Of a DNA stretch of 56,201 nucleotides, positions 26,637 to 36,229 are shown piece after piece. Location: NCBI GenBank assembly GCA_046485285.1, contig JAWOHE010000002.1:1-56201 (forward strand), given 5' to 3'. This DNA is from a bacterium (GTDB taxonomy: Bacteria; Hydrothermota; Tepidihabitantia; Tepidihabitantales; Tepidihabitantaceae). A program made the translations under genes and the position numbers. How positions within the stretch are numbered: the stretch's first letter is position 1; every line of letters begins with the position of its first letter. The notes beneath the pieces were generated by a model. The model ran no database searches. It saw nothing but the letters and a program-made list of their open reading frames with translations, and was not told the origin of the DNA.

Positions 26637-28118
26637 ATGTCCTCGGCCGCGATCCACCTCCTCGTCCTCGCGCTCTACCTGCTCGGGATGGTCGCCATCG
26701 GCGTCGTCACCGGCCGGCGGATGAAGTCCTCGGCCGAGGGCTTCTTCCTCGGCTCGCGCTCGGTCGGGCCGTGGGTGACCGCGTTCAGCTTCGTCTCGGC
26801 CTACTACAGCTCGGTGGTCATCATCGGCGGCGGCGGGTTCGGCTACCGGTTCGGGCTCGCGACGCTCTGGGTCGGCGCGACCAACGTCATCGTCGGCACG
26901 CTGCTGGCCTGGATCGTGCTCGGCCACCGGACCCGGAAGATGACCGGCCGCCTGCGCTCGATAACGATGCCCGAGTTCTTCGCCCGCCGCTACCGGGCGC
27001 CCGAGGCCCGGGTCGTCTCGGCACTGGTCGTCACGCTGTTCCTCGTCCTCTACTCGGTCTCGATTCTCAAGGGGATGGGCAACGCCTTCGAGGTCCTGCT
27101 CGGCCTGCGCTACGAGTACTCGATACTGCTCTCCGGGCTGATGATAATCGCCTACGTCGCGCTCGGCGGCTACCTCGCGGTGGTCTGGACCGGCTTCTTC
27201 CAGGGCTGGATGATGATCTTCGGGCTGGTCCTGCTGACCGTCCTCGCGCTGACCCGGGTCGGCGGGTTCGGCGCGGCCTGCGCCCGGCTCGCCGCGCTCG
27301 AGGGCGGCCAGTACCTGCGCACGCCCGGGGTCTGGGGCTGGTCCGGGCTGATTTCCTACTCGATGATCGTCTCGTTCGGGGTCTGGGGGATGCCCCAGCT
27401 CGTGACCCGGTTCTACTCGATCAGGAGCTCGAAGGTGCTCCGGCTCGGCACCGTCCTCGCGACCGTCGGCGGCGCGATGGCGCTCCTGCCCTACCTCAAC
27501 GGCGCGCTGACCCGGCTCCTGCGCCCGGAGATCGCCGAGCAGGCGCGGGCCGCCGGCAACCAGGCCTTCGACCTCGCCATCCCCTCGCTGGTCCGGGAAG
27601 TGATGCCGCCCTGGGCCTCGGCGGTGTTCCTCGCCGCGGTCGTCGCCGCCGGGATGTCGAGCTTCGCCGCGGTGCTCATCGTCATTGTCAGCTCGATCGT
27701 CAAGGACCTCGCCCGCGACGCCTTCCGGCGCCGGCTCAGCGACCGCCGCCAGGTCGTCCTCTCCCGCATCGCCTCGGTCGCGGTCGGCGTCATCGCGCTC
27801 GCCGTCGCGCTCCGACCGCCGGCGATGATCCTCGTCATCACCGGCTTCTCCTGGGCGGTCATCGCCTCGACCACCCTCTGGCCGTACGTCCTCGGCCTCT
27901 ACTGGCGCCGGGCGACCCGGGTCGGCGCGTTCACCTCGATGCTCGGCGGCTGCATCACCGCGCTCGCCTGGGAGGCGCTCGGCCGGCCCGCCGGCCTCCA
28001 CGGCTTCATCCCCGGGCTCGCCGCCGGGCTCGCACTCTACATCGGGGTGAGCCTGCTCTCCCCGGCGCCGTCCGGGCGGGCCGTCTCCGCCGCCTTCGGC
28101 CCGGAGCGCCGGCGGTGA
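26637..28118 (+). CDS. Sodium:solute symporter (PutP/PanF family)
   Basis: FFLGSRSVGPW, GGYLAVVWT, GMPQLVTRFY, AAGMSS; about 13 TMs. Confidence 0.92.
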   Translation: MSSAAIHLLVLALYLLGMVAIGVVTGRRMKSSAEGFFLGSRSVGPWVTAFSFVSAYYSSVVIIGGGGFGYRFGLATLWVGATNVIVGTLLAWIVLGHRTRKMTGRLRSITMPEFFARRYRAPEARVVSALVVTLFLVLYSVSILKGMGNAFEVLLGLRYEYSILLSGLMIIAYVALGGYLAVVWTGFFQGWMMIFGLVLLTVLALTRVGGFGAACARLAALEGGQYLRTPGVWGWSGLISYSMIVSFGVWGMPQLVTRFYSIRSSKVLRLGTVLATVGGAMALLPYLNGALTRLLRPEIAEQARAAGNQAFDLAIPSLVREVMPPWASAVFLAAVVAAGMSSFAAVLIVIVSSIVKDLARDAFRRRLSDRRQVVLSRIASVAVGVIALAVALRPPAMILVITGFSWAVIASTTLWPYVLGLYWRRATRVGAFTSMLGGCITALAWEALGRPAGLHGFIPGLAAGLALYIGVSLLSPAPSGRAVSAAFGPERRR

Positions 28119-28162
28119 TGGCCGGCCGGTCCCGGCCGCCGGCACCGCCCCCCGGGCATGCC

Positions 28163-28191
28163 TTGACACCCGGAAGGCACACGCCTATAAT
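28163..28191 (+). promoter_or_regulatory. Consensus sigma70 promoter
   Basis: TTGACA-17-TATAAT; SD AAGGAGG before ATG 28223. Confidence 0.85.
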
Positions 28192-28222
28192 TCCAAGTCT
28201 GGAAGACCAAAAAGGAGGAAGC

Positions 28223-29257
28223 ATGCGCAAACAGCATCTTGCTTTTGCCGCAGGCCCGCTCGTGTTAGTGCTTGTCCTCGCCGCGTCGGCGGCTGTCGCC
28301 TTTGCCGCAGAGAACCAGAAGCCGTGCCTCTGCCAGCCGATGATCCGTCCGATCGACGGCGTCGCGCGCAGGGCTTTCGTGGCTTCGGTCCGCTACATGG
28401 ACCCGGATGGCGACGCGCCGGCACTGGTCCAGGTCAACATCAGCGGCACCGCCTACCCGTTGCGCCTCGCCAAGGGCCGCGCCAACGACGGCATCTACCA
28501 GGCCCGGCTGACGCTTCCCGAGGGCGAGCACGAGTACTTTTTCTATGCCGAGGACGGCCGGGGCGGGTCCGAGCGGTTCCCGCGCTACGGCGCCAAGCCC
28601 GGCCCATCGGTCGGCCAGCGCAGGCTCTACAACCGCCCGGCCTTCCTGACCGGCGGCGGCGTCCACTACCAGCGCGGGTCCGACAAGAACGTCTACACCT
28701 TCACGGTCCATTACCGCGACCGCGACATCTGCAAGCCGCCGCGCTCGGTGAAGGCGATCGTTGACGGCATCGCCAACGACATGACGCTCCACAAGGGCAC
28801 GGCCAACAACGGCATCTACGTCTACCAGGCGATGCTCCCCGCCGGCCCCCACGCCTACTACTTCGTGGCGACGGACGGCGACGGCGACTGCGTCACCCTT
28901 CCGGCCCACGGCTTCCTCCGCGGCCCGGACGTGTCCGAGTCGATGAACCTGCCGCCGCGGCTCAGCGACAACCGCATCATGCCGCCGACCGGCGGTCACC
29001 GGACCAACTACACCTACTCGATTCACTGCAAGGACGAGGACCTCGACGTGCCGGCGGTCGCCCTCGTCTACGTCAACGACATTCCCCACCAGCTGACCCT
29101 CGCGGCCGGCAAGCCTTACGAGGGGATTTACCAGTACCGGGCCCGGCATCACATCGGCTGGGACCACGAGTACTACTTCTACTTCGAGGACGGACGGGGC
29201 GGCAGTGTCCGCTTCCCGGAGGTCGGCGCCTTCCACGGGCCGGTCGTCACGAAGTAG
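28223..29257 (+). CDS. Secreted protein with three ~105-aa Ig-like repeats
   Basis: Signal peptide; repeated Y.D.D...P....V......L......GIY......G.H.Y(F/Y)F...DG.G....P......GP.V. Confidence 0.8.
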   Translation: MRKQHLAFAAGPLVLVLVLAASAAVAFAAENQKPCLCQPMIRPIDGVARRAFVASVRYMDPDGDAPALVQVNISGTAYPLRLAKGRANDGIYQARLTLPEGEHEYFFYAEDGRGGSERFPRYGAKPGPSVGQRRLYNRPAFLTGGGVHYQRGSDKNVYTFTVHYRDRDICKPPRSVKAIVDGIANDMTLHKGTANNGIYVYQAMLPAGPHAYYFVATDGDGDCVTLPAHGFLRGPDVSESMNLPPRLSDNRIMPPTGGHRTNYTYSIHCKDEDLDVPAVALVYVNDIPHQLTLAAGKPYEGIYQYRARHHIGWDHEYYFYFEDGRGGSVRFPEVGAFHGPVVTK

Positions 29258-29300
29258 CGGAAAGAACCGATAACCGGAAGCACCGAACCGGGAGGAATTG

Positions 29301-31127
29301 ATGAACCGCAGACAGCTTGCCCTGATTGCCGGCGCCCTCCTGCTGGCAGTCGTCACGATGGCGCTCAAGTGCGGCGACACCGCGCCGACCGTGCCGGTAG
29401 TCACGCCGCCGACCGTGCCGGTCTACCAGAACGCCGAGGTCCCAGTCAAGTTCGTGTCCGAACAGGCCCAGGACAAGAACGTCAAGTACGTCGTGGACTG
29501 GGGCGACGGCACGACCGACACGTCGGCCATCGACTACCCGTCCGGCACCGAGGCCACGCTGCGCCACGTCTGGGCCAGCCCGGGCAGCTACGAGGTCAAG
29601 GCGCTGGCCTACGTCGCCGAGAAGCCTGACCTCGCCTCGGATTGGTCCGAACCGAAGACCGTCACCATCGGCGCCAACTCCTCGCCGACCGGGGTAATGA
29701 TCACCTACGCGCCGCTGAACACCGCCCGCAACCGCGATACCAGGTTCGAGGCCATCGCCGAGGACCCGGAAGGCGACAGCGTCGCATACCAGTTCAACTA
29801 CGGCGGCTCACTCGGCAGTTGGACCGCGTTCGTGCCGAGTGGAACACCGGGCGAGGACTTCTACAAGTTCCGCAGCTTGGGCGAGTACTACGTCAAGGCC
29901 CGGGCAAGGGACCACAAGGGCTCGATGTCCGGCTGGTCCGACTCGGTGATGGTCAAGGTCGACACTACCGGTGTCGTCGTCTGGGCGTGGCTGAGCCCGG
30001 ACGAGGACGAAGGTGAACCCCTCGGCTCGGCGCTGGTTATGATGGTCGGCGAGGAAGAGATCGCCTACGTCGGCGCCGCCGACCTCTACGGCAAGTTCTT
30101 CGGCGTCAAGATCGTCGACGGCAAGACGAGATACCGCAGCAGCTCGACCGACGAGGACTACTACAGCGGCCACCCGGCTTATGTCGCCACGACGGGCAAC
30201 ATCATCGTCGGCTGCGAGGACGGCAGGCTGTATGCCTTCAGCACCTCGCTCTCAACCCGCTGGAAGTACCCATCGTCGGGCGACCCGGACTTCATCGAGT
30301 GGGGCGTGCCGGCGGTCAACGGCAACAAGATCTACTGCACCCGCGACGACGACATGGTCCACTACCTCACCGACAACGGTGCCTCGGCCAACTACGGCGC
30401 CGGCTACTCGGTGCGCGGCATCGTCGACAACCCGGTCATCGACAACGTCGGCCAGGTCATCGTCGTGACCGACAGCGGCCGCGTCCTCGTCCTTAGCGAC
30501 AACCTGAACACGGTCGTCTGGGATACGCTCCTGAACGAGAACGGCCGGCGGCTGTCGTCGCCGGTCATCGCCTCGGGCGGGATCGTCCTCATCGGCGACA
30601 TCGACGGCAACGTCTACGCGCTGAACTCGGACCGGACGCTCAAGTGGAAGGCCCAGGTGACCGGCGAGGCCAACGGCATCGTCGTCGGCAGCGGCGCGGT
30701 CTACGTCGCGACCGGCGCGGGCCGGCTCTACCGGCTCAACCCCGAGACCGGCGCGACGGTCTGGAACATCGCGCTGACCGGCGCAACCGAGGTCGAAACG
30801 AGCCCTGTCCTGGCCGCGAATGGGATGATCTACGTCCACGACGACCAAGACCAGGTTCACTGCGTCAAACAGGAAGATGGTAGCTACGTCTGGATCTGTC
30901 AGTGCGAGGACTACCTGTCGCCAGCGCGCCGGCCCGGCCGCCGGGGCACGCGAGACTTCGAGAACTCGCCGTACAGCCCGGGCCTGAGCTCGGGCGGCGA
31001 CATCATTGTCGTCGGAGCCGACGCGCTCTACTGCGTCGCCGGCTACACCGAGGGGACGCTGGCTCTCACCGCTTGGCCCAAGTGGCAGGGCGGGATGCAC
31101 AACACCGGTAAGGCCGGCAGCTTCTGA
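29301..31127 (+). CDS. Lipoprotein: two PKD-like domains plus PQQ-like beta-propeller
   Basis: Lipobox-like ALKC; DWGDG; propeller repeats; C-terminal WPKWQ...NTG. Confidence 0.85.
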   Translation: MNRRQLALIAGALLLAVVTMALKCGDTAPTVPVVTPPTVPVYQNAEVPVKFVSEQAQDKNVKYVVDWGDGTTDTSAIDYPSGTEATLRHVWASPGSYEVKALAYVAEKPDLASDWSEPKTVTIGANSSPTGVMITYAPLNTARNRDTRFEAIAEDPEGDSVAYQFNYGGSLGSWTAFVPSGTPGEDFYKFRSLGEYYVKARARDHKGSMSGWSDSVMVKVDTTGVVVWAWLSPDEDEGEPLGSALVMMVGEEEIAYVGAADLYGKFFGVKIVDGKTRYRSSSTDEDYYSGHPAYVATTGNIIVGCEDGRLYAFSTSLSTRWKYPSSGDPDFIEWGVPAVNGNKIYCTRDDDMVHYLTDNGASANYGAGYSVRGIVDNPVIDNVGQVIVVTDSGRVLVLSDNLNTVVWDTLLNENGRRLSSPVIASGGIVLIGDIDGNVYALNSDRTLKWKAQVTGEANGIVVGSGAVYVATGAGRLYRLNPETGATVWNIALTGATEVETSPVLAANGMIYVHDDQDQVHCVKQEDGSYVWICQCEDYLSPARRPGRRGTRDFENSPYSPGLSSGGDIIVVGADALYCVAGYTEGTLALTAWPKWQGGMHNTGKAGSF

Positions 31128-31145
31128 CCGAACGGCTCTTCCCAG

Positions 31146-31180
31146 GGACAGGCCCGGCTCGGTGCCGGGCCTGTCCTCTT
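31146..31180 (+). terminator. Intrinsic terminator
   Basis: GGACAGGCCCGGC-TCGGT-GCCGGGCCTGTCC-TCTT. Confidence 0.75.
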
Positions 31181-31316
31181 GCGGCTCGGGCGCGTCCGGC
31201 TTCGTCCCGCCTTGACACGGCAGATACCCGGGCTATCCTTAGAGTTGTTCTCGGCGTGTCGTTCCGATGCGTAAGTGGTGCATTTACGGAGGCATAAGGC
31301 CTCACTGGAGGATATC

Positions 31317-32789
31317 GTGAGATCTCGAAGCCTCTTCCTGCTGACCGGAATGCTGGTGCTCGCCGCACTCCTGGCCGGCTGCCCGAGCCCGCCAGCCGCC
31401 CCGGACAAGCCTTGGGGGCCGACCTCTGCCGCGCGCAACGCCTTCACGTCCTGCTCGACCCGGGTCGCCGACGCGGGTGCCGGCGACGTCGCCTACCAGT
31501 TCGACTGGGGCGATGGCGTCCAGTCCGCGTGGTCCGCGCTGCAACCAGCCGGCGTCGCCTTCGGCGACACCCATACCTACACGCTCACCGGTAACCTCGA
31601 GGTGCGCGCCCGCGCCAAGACCGCCAGAAGCGGCGCCAGCGACTGGTCCGAGCCGCTCTTCCTCAGGGTCGAGGTCGGTGAGGGTGAGCTCAGCCGGCGC
31701 TTCGGGTTTGCCGACCCCGAGGACCCCGAGGACTCGGCGGATTTCAGCATCAACACCTTCGCGCTCGGCCCGGACGGCCGGTCCTACGTCGGCTGCGAGT
31801 GGGCGCTGCTGTTCCGCCGGGCCGACGGCATCCGCGACAAGGAATTCTATACCGAGGACCTCGATGAGTTCCTCGCCGCGCCCTCGCTGTCCGACGCCGG
31901 CGTGCTCCACATCGCCTGCGCCAACGAGACGCTCTATGCGTTCAACGCCGACGGCACCCGCCGCTGGGCCTGGGCCTGCGGCGACGAGGTCACCGCGACG
32001 ACCGCGCTCGGCGCCGACGGCACGGTCTATCTGCACACCGCCTCCGAGTCGCTGTTCGCGGTCAGTGCCGTCGGCGCACGCCACTGGTCGTTCCCGTCCA
32101 GCGGCAACTCGTCGCCGGTCGTCGGGGCCGACGGCACGGTCTACGCCGCCAACCAGGAGGGCCGGATCTTCGCGCTTGACCCGTCGAGCGGGACGGAGAA
32201 GGCCCAGTACGGCCTCAGCAGCGAGGCGATTGATGCATCGCCGGCGCTCGACCCTGGTCGGAACCGGCTCTATGTCGGCGACGAGGCAGGCAACTTCGTC
32301 GCGCTCAACCTGCAGTCGTTCACGCCGGACTGGGAACTCGCCAGCATCGGCGAGGCGCCCTCGTCGGCGGTCGTCGGGGCCGATGGCACGGTCTTCGTCG
32401 GGGCCGGCGGCCGGCTGCTGGCCCTCGACCACTCAACCGGCGCGACGTGCTGGACCTTCCAGCCGCCGCTGGCCGGCGCGGTCTCGACCCCCGCGCTGTC
32501 CGACCAGGGCTTAGTCTACGTCGCCGTCACGTCCGGCCGCAAGGACGCTGACGGCGTCGACTCGCTCTACGCCGTCAACGCGGCCAACGGGGCCCGGCGC
32601 TGGGCCATCGGGCTCGACTACGGCTTCTGGGAGGGCTTCTCGTCAGCTCCCAAGATCGACGACCGGGGCTACGTCTACGTCGGCAACGGGCTCTACGCCT
32701 GGATCATCCGTGGGCTGGGCGGCCCGGCTCCCTCGCCATGGCCGATGTTCCAGCGCGATGGGGCGAACAGCGGCCGGGCCCGCAACTAG
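31317..32789 (+). CDS. Lipoprotein: PKD-like domain plus PQQ-like beta-propeller
   Basis: Lipobox LLAGC; FDWGDG; SSPVVGADGTVY repeats; WPMFQRD..NSG. Confidence 0.85.
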   Translation: MRSRSLFLLTGMLVLAALLAGCPSPPAAPDKPWGPTSAARNAFTSCSTRVADAGAGDVAYQFDWGDGVQSAWSALQPAGVAFGDTHTYTLTGNLEVRARAKTARSGASDWSEPLFLRVEVGEGELSRRFGFADPEDPEDSADFSINTFALGPDGRSYVGCEWALLFRRADGIRDKEFYTEDLDEFLAAPSLSDAGVLHIACANETLYAFNADGTRRWAWACGDEVTATTALGADGTVYLHTASESLFAVSAVGARHWSFPSSGNSSPVVGADGTVYAANQEGRIFALDPSSGTEKAQYGLSSEAIDASPALDPGRNRLYVGDEAGNFVALNLQSFTPDWELASIGEAPSSAVVGADGTVFVGAGGRLLALDHSTGATCWTFQPPLAGAVSTPALSDQGLVYVAVTSGRKDADGVDSLYAVNAANGARRWAIGLDYGFWEGFSSAPKIDDRGYVYVGNGLYAWIIRGLGGPAPSPWPMFQRDGANSGRARN

Positions 32790-32804
32790 GAGTTCCGCGG
32801 GTTG

Positions 32805-35753
32805 ATGTTCCGACCCGTCCCCCGGCGGCCCGACCACGCCGAGATAGAACGGCGCATCCTCGCCTTCTGGCAGGAAGGCGGGTTCTTCCGGCGGCTCGTC
32901 GAACGCAACCGTGGGAACCCGAAGTTCAGGTTTCTCGACGGCCCGATCACCGCCAACGGCCCGATGGGCGTGCACCACGTCTGGGGCCGGTCGATCAAGG
33001 ACGCCTTCCAGCGCTACAAGGCGATGCAGGGTTGCGACCAGCGCTGGCAGAACGGCTTCGACTGCCAGGGGCTCTGGGTCGAGGTCGATGTCGAAAAGGA
33101 ACTCGGCTTCAAGTGCAAGCGGGACATCGAGGAGTACGGCATCGACCGCTTCGTCGAGAAGTGCAAGGCGCGGGTGCTCAAGTACGCGGCGGTCCAGACG
33201 CGCCAGTCGATCCGCATCGGCCAGTGGATGGACTGGGACAACTCCTACTTCACGATGTCCGACGAGAACAACTACTCGATCTGGCACTTCCTGAAGAAGT
33301 GCCACGAGCGCGGCCTCATCTACGAAGGCACCGACGTGATGCCGTGGTGCGCCCGCTGCGGTACTGCGGTTTCGGACATGGAGATAGCCACCGAGGGCTA
33401 CCGCGAGCTGACCCACCGGGCGGTCTACCTCCGCCTGCCGGTCACGGGCCGCGAGCGCGAGTACCTGCTCGTCTGGACAACCACCCCGTGGACCCTGACC
33501 TCGAACACTGCGGCGGCGGTCCATCCCGAACTTGGCTACGTGCGTGCGCGCCGGGACGGCGCGGTGTACATCCTCGCCCGGCCGCTGCTCCGTGTCCTCG
33601 GCGACGGCGTCGAGGTCATCGAAGAGCTGCCCGGCTCGCGGCTCGTCGGCCTCGGCTACCGCGGGCCGTTCGACGAACTCGTGCCCCAGCAGGACGTCGA
33701 GCACCGCGTCGTGCCCTGGGACGAGGTCAGCGCCGTTGATGGTACCGGCATCGTCCACATCGCGCCGGGCTGCGGCAAGGAGGACTTCCTGCTCGGCAAG
33801 GAACACGGACTGGCTGTCGTCGCGCCGTTGAAGGAGGACGGGACGTTCAAGCCCGAGTTCGGCTGGCTCGCCGGCCGCGGCTCGGCCGAGGTTGCCGACG
33901 ATATATTCGCCGACCTGGACCGGAAGGGTTGTCTCTTCCGCGTCGAGGACTACACCCACCGCTACCCGGTCTGCTGGCGCTGCGGCGACGAGCTGGTCTT
34001 CCGGCTGGTCGACGAGTGGTTCATCGCGATGGACCCCGTCCGCGAGGAGATAATCGCCTCAGCCCGCGAGGTCCGCTGGATTCCCGAGTTCGGCCTCGAG
34101 CGCGAGCTCGACTGGCTGCGCAACATGTCCGACTGGTGCATCTCGAAGAAGCGCTACTGGGGACTCGCCCTGCCGATCTTCAAGTGCGGCTGCGGCCGGT
34201 TCGAGGTCATCGGCTCGCGCGAGGAACTCAGGAGCCGGGCCGTGTCCGGCTGGGAGGACTTCGAGGGCCACTCGCCGCACCGGCCCTGGGTCGACGGAGT
34301 CCGGATCGGCTGCGCGTCCTGCGGCGCGCCGGTCGGCCGCGTCAGCGACGTCGGTAACCCCTGGCTCGACGCCGGAATCGTGCCCTTCTCGACCACCGAC
34401 TACCTGGCCGAACGCGCGTCCTGGGAGAAGTGGTTCCCGTTCGACTTCATCACCGAGTCGTTCCCCGGCCAGTTCCGCAACTGGTTCTACGCCATTCTCG
34501 CGATGAGCACGGTCCTCGAGAAACGGGCTCCGTTCCGGACCGTGCTCGGCTACGCGACGATGCGGGCCGAGGACGGCCGCGAGATGCACAAGTCCTGGGG
34601 CAACTCGATAGCGGTCGAGGAGGCGTGTGAGAAGATGGGGGCGGACGTGATGCGCTGGGTATTCCTCGGCCACAACCCGGCCCAGAACCTCAACTTCGGC
34701 TTCTCGGTCGGCCGCGAGGCGGGACGCAAACTGCTGACCCTGTGGAACGTCTACAGCTTCTTTGTCACCTACGCTGGCGTCGACAGGGTGAACCCGGCCG
34801 AGCTCAGCCTGCCCGCCGAACGCCTGCAGTTGCTCGACCGCTGGGTACTGTCCCGGCTCAACTCGCTCATCAGGCTGACTCGCGACCGGCTCGACGACTA
34901 CGACCCCTCGGCGGTCCCGCGGGCGGTCGACGCCTTCATCGACGACCTGTCGACCTGGTACGTCCGGCGCAGCCGGCGCCGCTTCTGGCGGCCGGCAGGT
35001 TCGGCCGGTGACGACGACAAGCTGACCGCCTACGCGACGCTGTATGACTGTCTCTTCGGCCTGGTCCGGCTCGTCGCCCCGTTCATGCCGTTCCTTGCCG
35101 AGGAAATCTACCAGAACCTCGTCCGGGCCGGCGACCCGTCGGCGCCCGAGTCGGTCCACCTGTGCCCATACCCGGAGCCCGACCCGGCCCGGCTCGACCC
35201 GGACCTCGAGCGCGAAGTCGAACTCGTCCGCGCGGTGGTCTCGCTGGGTCATTCCGCGCGCGAGAAGGCCCGGCTCAAGGTCCGCCAGCCGCTTTCCGCG
35301 GTCATTGTCGCGGCCGGGCCCGGCGACCGCGAGGCTTGCCTGCGTCACGCCGAGGCCGTCCGGGAGGAGCTGAACGTGCGCGAACTGCTCTTCACCGAAC
35401 CCGGGGCCGCTTTCCCGGAAGACTACGAGGTGGCCCGGGACGGCGAGCTCGCGGTCGGGGTCAACGCCCGGCTGACCCGCCAGCTCGAGAACGAGGGCCT
35501 CGCACGTGAGTTGGTCCACAAGGTCCAGGACCTGCGCAAGCAGGCCGGCCTTGCCGTGACCGACCGCATCGTGCTTCACTGGGCCGCCGACGAACGGCTC
35601 GCCGAGGCCGTCGCCGACCACCTCGACTACATCACCCGCGAAACCCTGGTCCTCAAAGTCAGCCCCGAACCGCTGGCCGCGCCGGCCGTCGAGCGCGACA
35701 TCAAGGTCAACGGTCTGGCGGTTCGGCTGGCGCTCGCCCGAGCGGAGGTCTGA
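32805..35753 (+). CDS. ileS: Isoleucine--tRNA ligase, type 2
   Basis: DGPITANG-PM-GVHH, WTTTPWTL, GTGIVHIAP, DWCISKKRYWG, EMHKS, GLARELV...RK C-terminus. Confidence 0.96.
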   Translation: MFRPVPRRPDHAEIERRILAFWQEGGFFRRLVERNRGNPKFRFLDGPITANGPMGVHHVWGRSIKDAFQRYKAMQGCDQRWQNGFDCQGLWVEVDVEKELGFKCKRDIEEYGIDRFVEKCKARVLKYAAVQTRQSIRIGQWMDWDNSYFTMSDENNYSIWHFLKKCHERGLIYEGTDVMPWCARCGTAVSDMEIATEGYRELTHRAVYLRLPVTGREREYLLVWTTTPWTLTSNTAAAVHPELGYVRARRDGAVYILARPLLRVLGDGVEVIEELPGSRLVGLGYRGPFDELVPQQDVEHRVVPWDEVSAVDGTGIVHIAPGCGKEDFLLGKEHGLAVVAPLKEDGTFKPEFGWLAGRGSAEVADDIFADLDRKGCLFRVEDYTHRYPVCWRCGDELVFRLVDEWFIAMDPVREEIIASAREVRWIPEFGLERELDWLRNMSDWCISKKRYWGLALPIFKCGCGRFEVIGSREELRSRAVSGWEDFEGHSPHRPWVDGVRIGCASCGAPVGRVSDVGNPWLDAGIVPFSTTDYLAERASWEKWFPFDFITESFPGQFRNWFYAILAMSTVLEKRAPFRTVLGYATMRAEDGREMHKSWGNSIAVEEACEKMGADVMRWVFLGHNPAQNLNFGFSVGREAGRKLLTLWNVYSFFVTYAGVDRVNPAELSLPAERLQLLDRWVLSRLNSLIRLTRDRLDDYDPSAVPRAVDAFIDDLSTWYVRRSRRRFWRPAGSAGDDDKLTAYATLYDCLFGLVRLVAPFMPFLAEEIYQNLVRAGDPSAPESVHLCPYPEPDPARLDPDLEREVELVRAVVSLGHSAREKARLKVRQPLSAVIVAAGPGDREACLRHAEAVREELNVRELLFTEPGAAFPEDYEVARDGELAVGVNARLTRQLENEGLARELVHKVQDLRKQAGLAVTDRIVLHWAADERLAEAVADHLDYITRETLVLKVSPEPLAAPAVERDIKVNGLAVRLALARAEV

Positions 35754-36187
35754 TGCCGAACAAGAAAACAGGCCCGCCTGCGCGCAACGCGCGGGCAGGA
35801 GCCGCGCGGTCGGGCGCGAGGTCGCGCTTCACCCGCCGCGAGCTGGTAGAGTTCGAACGCGCCCTGCTCGAGGAGAAGAAGCGCATACTGCGCCAGGGCA
35901 AGGCGACCGACGAAGTGATGGAATCCAGCGGCACCGACGCCACCAGCGGCGAGCCGACCCGGCGCACCCACGTCGCCGAAATCGGGGGCGAGAACTACCA
36001 GGTCGAGATGGCCTCCCGGCTCAAGGAGATGGAAGGCCGGACCCTGCGGGAAATCACCCAGGCCCTCGAGCGCATCGCCAACGGCACCTACGGCAACTGC
36101 GACCTGTGCGGCAAGCCGATCCCCCGCGCCCGGCTCGAAATCGTGCCCCACGCCCGGCTCTGCATGAAGTGCAGCGAAGGTCGCTGA
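35753..36187 (+). CDS. dksA: TraR/DksA family zinc-finger regulator
   Basis: ALERIANGTYGNCDLCGKPIPRARLEIVPHARLCMKC. Confidence 0.9.
   Translation: MPNKKTGPPARNARAGAARSGARSRFTRRELVEFERALLEEKKRILRQGKATDEVMESSGTDATSGEPTRRTHVAEIGGENYQVEMASRLKEMEGRTLREITQALERIANGTYGNCDLCGKPIPRARLEIVPHARLCMKCSEGR
35773..35799. repeat. 27-bp palindromic element inserted in-frame in the dksA 5' end
   Basis: Exact reverse complement of 21800-21826. Confidence 0.92.
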
Positions 36188-36229
36188 GCACGGGCCCGCC
36201 GGTCTCAGTCAGCGGCCCGGCACCGGCCA

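Noticed and set aside
26771-28222. N-terminal 484 aa of the 828-aa ORF
   Set aside because: Off-frame overlap with the symporter; the true start is 28223, with its own promoter and SD.
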